A stretch of DNA of 64,000 nt from an uncultured Acidobacteriota bacterium (GCA_963836075.1 CAWIIB010000009.1:2112001-2176000), one strand, 5' to 3'. Counted from the stretch's first letter, positions 29,157 to 40,576 are shown. The notes: generated by a model from the sequence alone, not told the origin. Made by a program: numbers and translations.

Positions 29157-30593
29157 ATGTCTGCCGGAAAGGATCGGCCACCGGTGGGGGGAAGCGAACT
29201 TCAACAGGTGCTCAAGGGCATACCGGCCGTGGACGTACTGCTGGGCCGGGAGGAGATCGGTCTGCTGGAGGTCGAATACGGCCGTCAACTGCTGCTGGAG
29301 GAACTGCGCGGATTTCTGTCCCGGCTGCGGGCTGAGGCCTCGGCCGGCAGCCTTGACGCCGCGGAGATCCACCGCCTGGTGGCCGGGACCGCCGTGGAGC
29401 TGCGCGGGCGCCTGGAGCGGCGGATGGCGTACTCCCTGCGGCGGGTGATCAACGCCACGGGGGTGATCGTCCACACCAACCTGGGGCGGGCCCCGCTCTC
29501 CCCGGCCACTGCCGCGCGGGTGGCCGAACTGGCCTCGGCGTACAACACCCTGGAATATGATCTGGCAAAAGGGAGCCGCGGAAGCCGCAACGACCACTTC
29601 TGCCGGATGCTGGCCGAGCTCACCGGGGCCGAGGCCGGAACCGTGGTCAACAACAACGCCGCTGCCGTCCTGCTGGCCCTGAACAGCCTGTCCGAGGGGC
29701 GGGAAACAGTGGTGTCGCGGGGCGAGTTGGTGGAGATCGGCGGCTCCTTCCGCATCCCTGATGTGTGCAGCAAGAGCGGGGCCGTGCTCCGCGAAGTCGG
29801 CACCACCAACCGGACTCACCTCCATGACTACCAGCGGGCCATCGGTCCCGACACCGGGCTGCTGCTCAAGGTCCACGGCAGCAACTACCGCATCGTCGGT
29901 TTCACCCGCGAGGTGCCGCTCGGCGAGCTGGTCCAGCTGGGCCGGGACCAGGGGCTGCCGGTGATGTACGACCTGGGCAGCGGTTCGCTGCTCGACCTGG
30001 CGGCCTGCGGAATTCCGGATGAGCCCACGGTGGCCTCAGCGCTGGCAGCCGGTGTTGACGTGGTGACTTTCAGCGGGGACAAACTGCTGGGCGGTCCCCA
30101 GGCCGGGCTCATCGTGGGGAAGAGGGAAGCCATCGAACAGCTGGATGCCAATCCCCTCAAGCGCGCCCTGCGGGTGGACAAGATGACCATCGCCGCCCTC
30201 GAGGTGACCTTCCACGACTATCTCACCGGCCGGGCGGAAGAGGCGGTGCCGGCGGTGCGGATGATCCGTATGGAGCCCGGCGCGATACGCCGCCGGGCCC
30301 GGCTGTTTGTCCGCCGGCTGCGGTCGGCGCCGGGTGATCCGGCGGCCGAGCTGGATGTGGTCCAGGGGTCGTCCCGCGTGGGGGGCGGCGCGGCACCGGA
30401 GAAGGACATCCCCACCTGGCTGGCTTCGGTCCGGCCGGTTTCCCAGTCCGCCGCAGCCCTGGAGCGCCGGCTGCGCCGGCAGAATCCACCGGTGGTGGCC
30501 CGGGTGCACGAGGACCGACTGTTCTTCGATTTCCGGACGGTTCTCCCCGGAGAAGACAAATTGCTGGCCACCATCGTGGCCGGGTTGATATAA
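29157..30593 (+). CDS. selA: L-seryl-tRNA(Sec) selenium transferase
   Basis: VINATGVIVHTNLGRAPL, VNNNAAA, SRGELVEIGGSFRIPD, EVGTTNRT, FSGDKLLGGPQAG and RALRVDK motifs. Confidence 0.96.
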   Translation: MSAGKDRPPVGGSELQQVLKGIPAVDVLLGREEIGLLEVEYGRQLLLEELRGFLSRLRAEASAGSLDAAEIHRLVAGTAVELRGRLERRMAYSLRRVINATGVIVHTNLGRAPLSPATAARVAELASAYNTLEYDLAKGSRGSRNDHFCRMLAELTGAEAGTVVNNNAAAVLLALNSLSEGRETVVSRGELVEIGGSFRIPDVCSKSGAVLREVGTTNRTHLHDYQRAIGPDTGLLLKVHGSNYRIVGFTREVPLGELVQLGRDQGLPVMYDLGSGSLLDLAACGIPDEPTVASALAAGVDVVTFSGDKLLGGPQAGLIVGKREAIEQLDANPLKRALRVDKMTIAALEVTFHDYLTGRAEEAVPAVRMIRMEPGAIRRRARLFVRRLRSAPGDPAAELDVVQGSSRVGGGAAPEKDIPTWLASVRPVSQSAAALERRLRRQNPPVVARVHEDRLFFDFRTVLPGEDKLLATIVAGLI

Positions 30594-30603
30594 ACTGTGC
30601 CCC

Positions 30604-33600
30604 ATGGAAACGGTCCTCACACTGCTGAGCATACCGCTGCTCCTTTTCCTTCCCGGCTGGGCTCTGCTGCCCGGCAGGGCTGTGCCCGCGCTTCGCGCCA
30701 CGCTGGCCGAAACCGTGCTGTTCAGGGTGCTGGCCAGCTTTCTGGCGACCTCGTTCTGCGGGGTGTTGCTGGCCCAGCTCGGCTTCTTCTCCCTGCTCGA
30801 CCTGTCTCTCGCCGTGTCCCTCTGCACTCTGGTGATCCACTTTTTCGTTCGCCGTCCACCGCGGAGCGCTGCGCCGGAAGAGGCCGGCGCGGAGGATGGA
30901 GGCCGCGGTCCCGCGCGGCGGTTCCGTCCGTCCGACCTCTGGCTGCTGGTGCTGCTGGGGGTCTGTCTCTTTGCCTCATCCCGGTCCTTCGAACTGATTA
31001 CCGGCGGCGGGGACGCCGGCGTCTACGTCAACAGCGGCGTGCTGCTCGCCGACACCGGGGGCTTTGAACTGGCCGACGAGCTTTTCGACGGTCTGGGTGA
31101 TGTGGATCGCGGCCTGTTCACCCTGGTCTTCGAGGGCCGCCGTCAGCCGCTCCGGGGGCTGCAGGGGACGGAGCGCCGGCTGCTCAGCCTGATATACCGG
31201 GACCGTGCCGAGCGTTTCCGCGGCATGTTCCTCGAGCAGGGGGCCGAAGGCGGGGCCAGCCGGCCCCAGTTCCTGCCGCTGCTTCCGGTCTGGATGGCTG
31301 TTCTCCACTGCTGGGGCGGTCTTCGGGGGCTATTGCTGGTCAACGTCTTCTTCGGGCTGCTCTCCCTCTGCTCGATCCATTACTTCGGTGCCCGGATCTT
31401 TGGCGGCCGGCCCGCTGCGGGGATGGCGCTCTCCGGCCTGCTGGCCGTGAACGTGGTCCAGTTCTGGTTCATGCGCTACCCCTCCGCCGAAGTCCTGGTG
31501 CAGATGCTCTTCTTCTGCGGAGCCCACCTGGTTCTGGCCGGCGGGTCGGGATCCCGTCCGCTCCGCCGCCTCGTGCTGTGCGGGGGCGTGATGCTCGGGG
31601 CGGCCACCATGGCCAAGTTCTTCGGCATCTTCCTCCTGCTGCCCCTCGGCCTGGCCTGGTTCTTTTCCAGGGTGCGCGGAGGGTCCGGGGAGCGGCGGCG
31701 CTGGAACCTGATTCTGGCCGGCCTGGTTCCCGCCGCATTGTACGGTCTGGCCAGCGCGGCGCTCTTTTCCGCCGCCTACCTGCGAATCCACCTCTTCAAC
31801 CAGCAGTACTTCAAGTTCTACCTGCCGGCGGCGGGCCTGGTGGTTCTGGCCCTGCTGGCCCGCAAGCGGATCGGGGCGGGAATCGCCGCGCTCGATGCCG
31901 GCTCACGCGGGCGGCTGATCCGGCTTGCCGTTGTGGCCCTGCTGTTCGCCGCGGCGCTGTATGCCTATTTCATCCGGCCGCGGACCATCGAGGTCGCCGG
32001 GAGCAACAACTTTTTTGAGCTCGGCTGGTATGTGAGCCCCCTCGGACTGCTGTTGGGCCTGATCGGGTTTTCGGCCCTCCTGCTGGGCCGCAGCCGGCTC
32101 ACCGGCGTGGCCCGGGTGCCGTTTTTCCCCTGGGCCGCTTTCCTGGTCAGCCTGGTGGTGATGAGCGGCACCGCCGACATGCCGCTGCACATCTTCTCCA
32201 TCCGCCGGATGGTTCCGGTGACCATCCCGGTCTTTCTCCTCTTCAGCCTGGTTCCTCTCCGCTGGCTCTGGGACCGGGCCCGCCCCCTGGGCCCGCTGGC
32301 CGCGCTGGCCCTGGCCGCAGCCCTGGCACTGCTTCCCCTGACCAGCGGTGCCTGGAAGACGTACACCCACCGGGAACTGGACGGGGCGGTGGCCCAGCTG
32401 GAGGACATGGTCTCTCAGTTCGACCCGCAGGACGTGCTGGTCTTTGACGGCGCCGACGAGCTGGCCCTGCCGCTGCGGGTGATCTTCGGGCACCGGCAGA
32501 CCCTGGTCTACTTCGGCAGCGGCATCCACGCCCACCGGCAGTTGACCCGGTTCCTGCAGCGGCCAATCCCCGGAGCCCGGGGCCGCAAGCTGTTTATCAC
32601 CACCCAGCCGACGCTGTTCGGCCGCTCCCCCGAGCGGTCCGTGGTCCTCTCCTGGCCCAAGCTGGAAATGACGGCGTCGAAGATCCCGACGGAGACGGTT
32701 CGTGAACGGCACCTGGTCAATCTCTTCGCCTTCCCCGATCCCAAAGTCTGGAAATACACCACGACGCGGATCGACATCGGCGGCGCCGACTTCCCCTTCG
32801 TGGACGGATTCCACGCCGCGGCCACCCACCACCGCCGGGTCCGCAACCGCTTCCGCCGGGTCAGCGGGCGATCGGTGATCGTCCTGCCCGAGGGCACGGT
32901 GAAGGTCGGGCTGTTGATGGCCCGGGTGGAGGACGGGGCGGCATCGGTGGCCGTGCTCTACGAGGGTGCGGAGATCGACAGCTTTGTCCCCACCCGCGAG
33001 TTCGCCACCCGTTCGGTCAAGGTTTCGCGCGACGACGGGCTGCGCGGTCCGGGTGAACTGGTGATCTCTGCCGTGCCGCCGTCCCCCGGTGGCGGGGACC
33101 GGTTCTCCACGGCGGGGGTGGCGGAGGTGACTCTGATGGGCCGCTTCGGAACGCGGCGGCTCAAGGTGCATGATGACACGCCGGACTGGGAGGCGATGGG
33201 GTGGGGCCCCCTGGAAACCAGGGAAAAGGTGGAGCCGTTCACCGTCCGCTGGACCGGGCCCACCGCCCGGATCCGGGCTCCCGGATCGGCCACCATGCTG
33301 CGGCTGAACCTCTCCAACGGTTCGCGCCCGCGCAGCCTGCCCCCGGCCAGGGTGAGGTTGCTGCTCAACGGCCGCCGGGTGAGCGGCGTTATCGAACCGG
33401 GCAGCCGGTTCCGGACGGTGGACATTCCGGTTCCACCGTCCGAATATGGTCTGGACCGCCAGCTGCTGACCATCGAGTCAAACACCTGGAACCCGTATTT
33501 CGCCGGTCGTGGCGGCAGCCTCAACCGCTCCCTCGGCGTGGTGGTGGAAGGCCTGGAGATCATCCGGCCCAGCAACAGCCTGGAACGGGGACTGGCCAAG

Positions 33601-34239
33601 GTGACGGGGAGCCGGCACCAGGAGGGGTTGTTGCTGATCGAGGATTTCGCCCGGCAGTTCGGCCGGAATTCCGACTGGCGCATCCCCCTCGGCCTGGCCA
33701 TGGGCCACGAGAAAACGGGGCGGGTGTCCCTGGCCCGGGACGAATACAAGGAGAGCCTCGCCCTGTCCCCTGAGCTCAACGAATCCCACCGCCTGCTGCA
33801 GCGCCTGGCGTTGCGGCACGACGCCGTGCTGCGGGACCGCGAGCACCCGGGATGGAAGGAGGCCTCCGGGGGCGGGGGCCGTACAGCCGCGCCCCGGATC
33901 TCCAGCCCCTGGGTGCTCTCGCTGATCGGCAGTGAGCAGGAAACACCGCTGTCCCTGGAACCGGGCGGCAGTCTCGAATTCACCTATGCCGGTCTGGACC
34001 ACGGGGACCTGGTGGTGCTCAACCTGGTGGTGGGGCAGCCGGAACCGGGGGAGGAGCCGACAGCGGTGCGGCTGGAAGTCCTGCTGGACGGCAAGAGCTT
34101 CGGCGTCCTCGAACTGCCGGAAGAACGGTGGCAATCGCTGGTGCTCACCGGCCCCGCGCAAGCCGGGACGGAACACCGCTTGCAGGTCCTGCATCGCGGT
34201 GCCGCCCCGCTGCAGCTGAAGCGGATTCTCGTCTACTGA
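30604..34239 (+). CDS. Large GT-C-like polytopic membrane protein with extracytoplasmic beta-sandwich and TPR-like domains
   Basis: More than 12 TM segments; GGDAGVY, PQFLPLLPVW and RYPSAE loops; long soluble C-terminus with a TPR-like helix pair (..YKESLALSPELNESHRLL). Confidence 0.6.
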   Translation: METVLTLLSIPLLLFLPGWALLPGRAVPALRATLAETVLFRVLASFLATSFCGVLLAQLGFFSLLDLSLAVSLCTLVIHFFVRRPPRSAAPEEAGAEDGGRGPARRFRPSDLWLLVLLGVCLFASSRSFELITGGGDAGVYVNSGVLLADTGGFELADELFDGLGDVDRGLFTLVFEGRRQPLRGLQGTERRLLSLIYRDRAERFRGMFLEQGAEGGASRPQFLPLLPVWMAVLHCWGGLRGLLLVNVFFGLLSLCSIHYFGARIFGGRPAAGMALSGLLAVNVVQFWFMRYPSAEVLVQMLFFCGAHLVLAGGSGSRPLRRLVLCGGVMLGAATMAKFFGIFLLLPLGLAWFFSRVRGGSGERRRWNLILAGLVPAALYGLASAALFSAAYLRIHLFNQQYFKFYLPAAGLVVLALLARKRIGAGIAALDAGSRGRLIRLAVVALLFAAALYAYFIRPRTIEVAGSNNFFELGWYVSPLGLLLGLIGFSALLLGRSRLTGVARVPFFPWAAFLVSLVVMSGTADMPLHIFSIRRMVPVTIPVFLLFSLVPLRWLWDRARPLGPLAALALAAALALLPLTSGAWKTYTHRELDGAVAQLEDMVSQFDPQDVLVFDGADELALPLRVIFGHRQTLVYFGSGIHAHRQLTRFLQRPIPGARGRKLFITTQPTLFGRSPERSVVLSWPKLEMTASKIPTETVRERHLVNLFAFPDPKVWKYTTTRIDIGGADFPFVDGFHAAATHHRRVRNRFRRVSGRSVIVLPEGTVKVGLLMARVEDGAASVAVLYEGAEIDSFVPTREFATRSVKVSRDDGLRGPGELVISAVPPSPGGGDRFSTAGVAEVTLMGRFGTRRLKVHDDTPDWEAMGWGPLETREKVEPFTVRWTGPTARIRAPGSATMLRLNLSNGSRPRSLPPARVRLLLNGRRVSGVIEPGSRFRTVDIPVPPSEYGLDRQLLTIESNTWNPYFAGRGGSLNRSLGVVVEGLEIIRPSNSLERGLAKVTGSRHQEGLLLIEDFARQFGRNSDWRIPLGLAMGHEKTGRVSLARDEYKESLALSPELNESHRLLQRLALRHDAVLRDREHPGWKEASGGGGRTAAPRISSPWVLSLIGSEQETPLSLEPGGSLEFTYAGLDHGDLVVLNLVVGQPEPGEEPTAVRLEVLLDGKSFGVLELPEERWQSLVLTGPAQAGTEHRLQVLHRGAAPLQLKRILVY

Positions 34240-34324
34240 TCCCATCTAGGAAATCGTGGAAAAACGGTATATATTACCTGCGCTTCAAACCGTATCCCAG
34301 GCTGTGGATCCAAGTTAACGAAAG

Positions 34325-35422
34325 GTGAGCAAAGTGAAGACCGCCCTGATTACCGGCATAACGGGTCAAGATGGCGCCTACCTGGCCGAACTGCTCCTGG
34401 AGCAGGGGTATTCGGTCCACGGAATCAAAAGGCGATCCTCCAGTTTCAACACCCAGCGTATCGACCACCTGTACCAGGATGTGCACGACGCTGACCGGCG
34501 TTTCTCCCTGCACTACGGCGACTTGACCGATTCCACCAACCTGATCAGGATCATCCAGGAGGTCCGGCCCGACGAGGTTTACAATCTTGCGGCCCAGAGC
34601 CACGTCCAGGTCTCCTTCGAGACCCCGGAATACACGGCCAACGCCGACGCGGTGGGCACCCTCCGTCTGCTGGAGGCGATCAGGCTGCTGAACCTCGAGA
34701 AAACCACCCGGTTCTACCAGGCCTCCACCAGCGAGATGTTTGGCCGGGTGCGCGAGGTGCCGCAGACCGAAAAAACGCCTTTCTACCCCCGCAGTCCGTA
34801 CGGGGTGGCCAAGGTCTACAGTTACTGGATCACGGTGAATTACCGCGAGGCCTACGGCATCTTCGCGTCCAACGGCATCCTCTTCAACCACGAGAGCCCG
34901 ATACGGGGCGAGACGTTCGTCACCCGCAAGATCACCAGGGGCGCGGCCCGCATCGCTCTGGGTACCCAGCAGCGCCTGCACCTGGGCAACCTGGACAGCC
35001 GCCGCGACTGGGGCCATGCCCGTGACTACGTCCGGGCCCAGTGGCTTATCCTGCAGCACGACCGGCCGGACGACTTCGTGGTGGCCTCCGGAGAGCAGCA
35101 CTCGGTGCGGGAGTTCTGCGAGCGGGCTTTCACCGCGGCGGGCATCGAGGTGGAATGGCGGGGCGAGGGCCTGGAAGAGCAGGGCGTGGTCCGCTCGGCC
35201 ACCGGCGACGCCAGCCACCTCCAGCCGGGTACGGTGATCCTGGAGATCAGCCCCCGCTACTTCCGGCCCACCGAGGTGGAAACTCTGTTGGGCGACCCCT
35301 CCAAGGCGCGTGACGAACTGGGGTGGGAAAGCAGCACCAGTTTCGAGCAGCTGGTGGCGGAGATGGTGGAGTGCGACATCGAGGATGCGCGGCGGGAAAA
35401 GAAAACCGGCGAAGGCGCCTGA
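34325..35422 (+). CDS. gmd: GDP-mannose 4,6-dehydratase
   Basis: [45 protein letters not shown] and FVTRKIT motifs. Confidence 0.96.
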   Translation: MSKVKTALITGITGQDGAYLAELLLEQGYSVHGIKRRSSSFNTQRIDHLYQDVHDADRRFSLHYGDLTDSTNLIRIIQEVRPDEVYNLAAQSHVQVSFETPEYTANADAVGTLRLLEAIRLLNLEKTTRFYQASTSEMFGRVREVPQTEKTPFYPRSPYGVAKVYSYWITVNYREAYGIFASNGILFNHESPIRGETFVTRKITRGAARIALGTQQRLHLGNLDSRRDWGHARDYVRAQWLILQHDRPDDFVVASGEQHSVREFCERAFTAAGIEVEWRGEGLEEQGVVRSATGDASHLQPGTVILEISPRYFRPTEVETLLGDPSKARDELGWESSTSFEQLVAEMVECDIEDARREKKTGEGA

Positions 35423-35455
35423 ATACTACTAACCCCATTACTCGAGGGACGGTCG

Positions 35456-36424
35456 ATGACGAAGGCACTGGTTTGCGGGGCCGGCGGATTTATCGGTGGG
35501 CACCTGGTCAAGGAACTGAAGGCGCGGGGTTGCTGGGTCCGCGGTGTTGACATCAAGGAACACGAGTTCGCCGCCACGGCGGCGGACGAGTTTCTCCTGC
35601 TGGATCTGCGGAAAGCGGACGATTGCGCCCGGGCGCTGGAGCTGGCCGGGGGCCGGTTCGACGAGGTCTACCAGCTGGCCGCCGACATGGGCGGCATGGG
35701 CTTCATCCATTCCGCCGAATGCGAGATCATGCGCAACAGTGCGCTGATCAACATCAACATGACCCACGCCGCCGCCGCGGCCAAGGTCTCCCGCTATTTC
35801 TTCTCCTCCTCCGTCTGCATCTACCGCGACATGAAGATCGGCGAACCGGAGATGGGCGAGGACGGCGCCTATCCCGCCCTGCCGGACAACGAGTACGGCT
35901 GGGAGAAACTCTACGCCGAACGGATGGCCATGGCCTACGGCCGCAACATGGGGATGGTGATCCGTATCGCCCGTTTTCAGAACTGCTTCGGTGCCGAGGG
36001 CACCTGGGACGGGGGACGGGAAAAGGCGCCGGCGGCCATCTGCCGCAAGGTGGCCCAGGCCGACGACGGCGGTCTGATCGACGTCTGGGGCGACGGCTCC
36101 GCGGTGCGTTCGTACACCCATGTCGACGACATGGTGGAGGGCATCCTGCTGCTGATGCACTCAGACCTCGACCGGCCGGCGAATATCGGCTGCCCGGAGT
36201 ATGTCTCGGTGAAGGAACTGGTGGAGACGGTGGCCGAGGTGGCCGGCAAGAAGATCACCATCAACTATGTCGACGGACCGGTGGGCGTGGAGTCACGCAA
36301 CTTCAGCAACGAGCTGATCTACTCCATCGGCTGGCGCTCCAAAGTCTCGTTCCGCGAGGGCATCGCCCGCACCTATCCCTGGATTGCCGAGCAGGTGGAG
36401 GCGCAGCGTAGGAGTCACAGGTGA
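35456..36424 (+). CDS. NAD-dependent epimerase, GDP-mannose 3,5-epimerase (GME)-like
   Basis: GAGGFIG, LAADMGGMGFI, SSVCIY, YGWEK and GGREKAPAAICRK, characteristic of GME-like SDRs. Confidence 0.85.
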   Translation: MTKALVCGAGGFIGGHLVKELKARGCWVRGVDIKEHEFAATAADEFLLLDLRKADDCARALELAGGRFDEVYQLAADMGGMGFIHSAECEIMRNSALININMTHAAAAAKVSRYFFSSSVCIYRDMKIGEPEMGEDGAYPALPDNEYGWEKLYAERMAMAYGRNMGMVIRIARFQNCFGAEGTWDGGREKAPAAICRKVAQADDGGLIDVWGDGSAVRSYTHVDDMVEGILLLMHSDLDRPANIGCPEYVSVKELVETVAEVAGKKITINYVDGPVGVESRNFSNELIYSIGWRSKVSFREGIARTYPWIAEQVEAQRRSHR

Positions 36425-36900
36425 AGAAGATCAGGCTCGACGTGAACGGCACCGTGCATACGGTGTCGGTTGACGGCGAGGAGCCGCTGCTCTGGGTCCT
36501 CCGGGAGGAGTTGGGCCTGACCGGAACCAAGTTCGGCTGTGGCGAAGGGTCGTGCGGCGCCTGCTCGGTGCTGGTGGACGGCGAACTGCACCGCTCCTGT
36601 GTCCTGTCCGTCAGCGATGTCGCTGCCGGCGAGAAGATCGTGACCATCGAAGGGCTCGCCTCAAACGGCGAGATGACACCCCTGCAGTCGGCCTTTATCG
36701 AGCACACCGCCTTCGGCTGCGGTTTCTGCACCCCGGGGATGATCATCACCGCCACGGCGCTGCTCACCGAGAATCCCAACCCCTCACCACAGCAGATCGT
36801 TGACTATATGAACGACAACCTCTGCCGCTGTGCGTCGTATCCCGGCATCGTCAAAGCGATTGAGAGCGTCACTGGAAACCGCAGGAAGGGGGGGGCGTGA
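36421..36900 (+). CDS. (2Fe-2S)-binding small subunit, CoxS/IorA family
   Basis: GTKFGCGEGSCGACSV, CGFCTPG and NLCRC motifs. Confidence 0.93.
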   Translation: MKKIRLDVNGTVHTVSVDGEEPLLWVLREELGLTGTKFGCGEGSCGACSVLVDGELHRSCVLSVSDVAAGEKIVTIEGLASNGEMTPLQSAFIEHTAFGCGFCTPGMIITATALLTENPNPSPQQIVDYMNDNLCRCASYPGIVKAIESVTGNRRKGGA

Positions 36901-39047
36901 CTCTGGACCGGCGCCAGTTCCTCAAGCTCGCCAGCGGCTCCCTGGCCTACGGCTTCGCGCTGGCCTGCGGTGACGAATCGCAGGTCGATGTGGGAGAAGC
37001 GGCGAAGGAAACCACGGTCCGGAAAAAGAGACTCGTTTCCCACGCCGAGATCTACTTCGTCGACTACACCGAGTGGTTCTTCATCCACGCCGACGGATCG
37101 GTGACCGTTCACACCGGCCGTATCGAGCTCGGTCAGGGGCTCAAGACCGTCATCAGCAACGTGGTATCCCAGGGCCTGGGCATCCCTCCCGAGGTGATCG
37201 AGATCGTCATGGGCGATACCGCCAGCTGCCCCGACGATGGGCCCACCGAGGGCAGCAGCGCCACCCGGATTGTGGGCTGGGGCCACTGGAGCGCCTGCGC
37301 CAGGATTCGCCAGGACCTGCTGCGACGTGCCGCCGGGGCGCTTGGCTGCCCGGCTGACCAGCTGACCTTGTCCCACAGCGCCATCTCCCGCCGCGGGAAG
37401 CCTGAACAGCAGGTGACGGTCTCCCAGCTGGTGAACGATGACGGCACGGTCCGGCTGGCAACCGTCGACTACCATGAAGCGAAAAAGCACAACCCGCCAT
37501 ACATCGACAGAAAGACAACCGCGGTGAACGCCGAGGCCATCGTCACCGGCAGCCTGAAGTACACCGGCGACCTTTTTCCCGACCAGTGTCACTATGGCGC
37601 CTGGCTCGTCCCCCCGTATCACATCCACCTCAGCACTCTGGAATCGGTGGATCTGGAGGCGGCACGCAGGGTGCCCGGAGTCGTGGCCGCCCAGCGATCC
37701 TGGCGCTCGGCATTCGTCGTCGCCGACCGCTACAGCACGGTACAGATGGGGCTGGAGGCGATGAAGGCCTCCTGGAGTCCTCCGCTGCGAAGCAAGGCGC
37801 TTCATCGGGAAGATGAAATCCGCGCCGGGGCGAGCCTGGTGAAAACCGTCGAGGATGGGGGAGATCCCGCGGCCGGCCTGGCCCGAAGTGCGGTCACCCT
37901 CGGTGAGACCTACATCACCCAGTATGCCAGCCAGGCACCCATCGAGACCGAGACGGCCATCGCCCGGGACGAGGATGGCCAGATGGTTGTCTGGGCTTCA
38001 ACCCAGGCGCCGTTCAAGGCGCGGCCACGGATCGCGGAGAGGATCGGCGTGCCCGAGGAGCAGGTGCGGGTGATCAGCATGCCGGTGGGCGGCGGGTTCG
38101 GTGTCAAGGTCGGCACCACGGCTCCCGCCGAAGCGGCCGAGTTCGCCCGGGCGGCCGGGGGCACCGTCAAGCACGTCTACGGCCGCGAATACCAGTTCGT
38201 CGGTCTGGCCCGCTACAAGGAGGCGGTGGTGGCGGACATCACCAGCGGGGTGAGCTCGGACGGCACGCTCATCGCCCGCACTCTCGATCTGTACCAGGAC
38301 GAAGGGCACGGCAGCGCCAGGACATACAAGATCCCCAACGTGTCGACACGGCTGTTCCACACCGTCATGCCGGCCCGCCACGCCACCATGCGCGGCACCA
38401 GTTTCGTGCAGACCGGCTTCGCCGTGGAGAGCCACACCGACATGCTGGCCCAGGCGGTGGGGCTGGACCCGGTGGAGTTCCGCAAACTCAATCTCCACAC
38501 CCAGTCGTTTCGCCCATTGCTCGACGCCTGCTGTGAGATGCTCGAATACGGGCACCTAGCGCTGCCGCCGGACCACGGGATCGGTTTCGCCATCTGCCAC
38601 CACGGCGGGCGGCAACTGGGGGCCGTGGGCGCCGAGGTGTCGGTCAACCGCTCCACCGGCGCCATTCGTGTCGAGCGGATGGCCGGCGCGTTCGATATCG
38701 GTGTGGTGGTGAACATCAACACCCTCACCGCCAACACCAACGGCGCCATGATCTGGGGTCTGGGTTTCGCCCTCTTCGAAGAGGTGGAACTGGATGGCCA
38801 CACCGCCTTCGCCCGGGGCTTCGACAGCTACCGCATCCCGCGCTTCTCCGACGTTCCGCCGATCGAGCTCGCCTTCTTCAACAACGAAACCATCGATCAG
38901 ATGCCGCGGGGCTGCGGCGAGCTCCCGGTTATTCCAACGGTGGGGGCCATCGCCAACGCGGTCTACCGGGCCATCGGGGTGCGCTTTTACGAATTGCCGC
39001 TGACGCCGCAACGGGTGCTCGGGGCGCTCGCAGAGCGGAAGTCCTGA
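36897..39047 (+). CDS. Xanthine-dehydrogenase-family molybdopterin subunit (IorB-like), Tat-exported
   Basis: RRQFLK twin-arginine signal ending ALAC; ELGQG, VGGGFGVK, MRG and GCGELP...AIANA motifs. Confidence 0.88.
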   Translation: MTLDRRQFLKLASGSLAYGFALACGDESQVDVGEAAKETTVRKKRLVSHAEIYFVDYTEWFFIHADGSVTVHTGRIELGQGLKTVISNVVSQGLGIPPEVIEIVMGDTASCPDDGPTEGSSATRIVGWGHWSACARIRQDLLRRAAGALGCPADQLTLSHSAISRRGKPEQQVTVSQLVNDDGTVRLATVDYHEAKKHNPPYIDRKTTAVNAEAIVTGSLKYTGDLFPDQCHYGAWLVPPYHIHLSTLESVDLEAARRVPGVVAAQRSWRSAFVVADRYSTVQMGLEAMKASWSPPLRSKALHREDEIRAGASLVKTVEDGGDPAAGLARSAVTLGETYITQYASQAPIETETAIARDEDGQMVVWASTQAPFKARPRIAERIGVPEEQVRVISMPVGGGFGVKVGTTAPAEAAEFARAAGGTVKHVYGREYQFVGLARYKEAVVADITSGVSSDGTLIARTLDLYQDEGHGSARTYKIPNVSTRLFHTVMPARHATMRGTSFVQTGFAVESHTDMLAQAVGLDPVEFRKLNLHTQSFRPLLDACCEMLEYGHLALPPDHGIGFAICHHGGRQLGAVGAEVSVNRSTGAIRVERMAGAFDIGVVVNINTLTANTNGAMIWGLGFALFEEVELDGHTAFARGFDSYRIPRFSDVPPIELAFFNNETIDQMPRGCGELPVIPTVGAIANAVYRAIGVRFYELPLTPQRVLGALAERKS

Positions 39048-39048
39048 G

Positions 39049-40443
39049 CTAGAAGGCTCCCCGCCGCTTGAACACCGCGGGCAGGGTCTTGAGCAGGATG
39101 GCCAGGTCCATGAAGAAGGACCGGTTGCGGATGTAGTAGAAGTCGTATTCCAGGTTCTCGTGCAGCGGCAGTTCCTTGCGGCCGATCACCTGCCACAGCC
39201 CGGTGATCCCCGGTTTGACGTTGAAGCGCTTCTTCTGCCACTCCTCGTACTGGCCGACGATGAAGGGCATTTCCGGCCGCGGCCCCACCAGGCTCATCTC
39301 CCCCCGCACCACGTTGAAGAACTGCGGCAGTTCGTCGAGGCTGGTCCGGCGCAGGAAGCGGCCCACCCGGGTGGTGCGCGGGTCGTCGGGGCTGCTGGGC
39401 GCCTTCTCGTAGTTGTCGGTGTCGATCTGCATGGTGCGGAACTTGTACATCTCGAACTCTTTCCCGCGGTAGCCTATCCGTTTCTGCTTGAAGATCGCCG
39501 GTCCGCGGGAGTCGATCCGCACCAGCAGCGCCGTGGCGGCCAGCAGCGGCATGGTCAGCGCCAGCAGGGGCAGCGAGATCAGCAGGTCGAAGACCCGTTT
39601 GGCCGCCGGGTAGACCGAGTGCCGGCCGCCATTGGCCCGCAGGTCGAACACCGGGCAGTTCTCGATAACGTCGATGTCCGCCCCCCGGGAGAGCACCTCA
39701 AAGAGGTTGGACACCACGCGGAAGTTCACCGGCATGCCGTCCAGCCCGGCCACCAGGTTGAGGATCTCCCGCGGTTTCTTCGACGGCATGGCGACAAAGA
39801 TCTCCCGGATATTCTGTTCCCGGGTGATCCGCGCCAGGTCTTCGAGGGTCCCCAGGACCCTGATGCCGCCGAACTCATTGCCAGCTTTCTCCGGGTCGTC
39901 GTCGAGGAAACCCACCACCCGGTAACCCACCTCCGGGTGGTCTTCCAGCCGCTGCAGCGCCCGGATGCCGGTGCTGCCGGCGCCGAGGATCAGGACGTTC
40001 ACCGTCCAGGCGCCCTTGGCCCGCTGGCGCCGTTCCAGGCGGGAGAAAATGTAGCGCGACAGGCCCAGCAGGGGCAGGTTGAACAGGGCGGAGAGGAAGA
40101 TCACCGAGCGGCCCAGGCCGAACTCGCGGAACACGTAGGCCACGGCCAGCACCACCAGCAGGTTGAGCAGCACCGCCTTGATCAGCGAGTGGAACTCCTC
40201 GAATCGGGTGATCTGCCGTTTGCGCCGGTGGAGCTGGAAGGTGGCGCAGACGATGATCCAGAGCACGGCGATGGCCGGCAGGACCAGGAAGTAGGGCAGC
40301 GGCGGGTTGATCTGCCGCAGGAAATAGCTGTCCAGGGCGGCGCGGAGGTAGTAGGCGGAGATCCAGGAAATCGAGATGGCCGCCACGTCGATGGTGACCA
40401 GCAGGTAGTGGAAATGGCCACGATATGTCCGTTCCAGAGTCAC
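39049..40443 (-). CDS. Polyprenyl-phosphate hexose-1-phosphate transferase (WcaJ/WbaP-like)
   Basis: 4 N-terminal TMs, CoA-binding-like domain; [43 protein letters not shown] and [10 protein letters not shown] motifs. GTG 40443 after GGAGG. Confidence 0.92.
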   Translation of the reverse strand: MTLERTYRGHFHYLLVTIDVAAISISWISAYYLRAALDSYFLRQINPPLPYFLVLPAIAVLWIIVCATFQLHRRKRQITRFEEFHSLIKAVLLNLLVVLAVAYVFREFGLGRSVIFLSALFNLPLLGLSRYIFSRLERRQRAKGAWTVNVLILGAGSTGIRALQRLEDHPEVGYRVVGFLDDDPEKAGNEFGGIRVLGTLEDLARITREQNIREIFVAMPSKKPREILNLVAGLDGMPVNFRVVSNLFEVLSRGADIDVIENCPVFDLRANGGRHSVYPAAKRVFDLLISLPLLALTMPLLAATALLVRIDSRGPAIFKQKRIGYRGKEFEMYKFRTMQIDTDNYEKAPSSPDDPRTTRVGRFLRRTSLDELPQFFNVVRGEMSLVGPRPEMPFIVGQYEEWQKKRFNVKPGITGLWQVIGRKELPLHENLEYDFYYIRNRSFFMDLAILLKTLPAVFKRRGAF

Positions 40444-40576
40444 TGTCACCTCCAGTGAATCCATGCTACACAATCGGGTGACCCGGGCGCAACGCGGTTT
40501 GTTTTCAGTGCGCGGGGTCGGATACAATCACCGTTTCCGATACCGCCAACACCATGTGGAGGCCCCTGATCGAACC

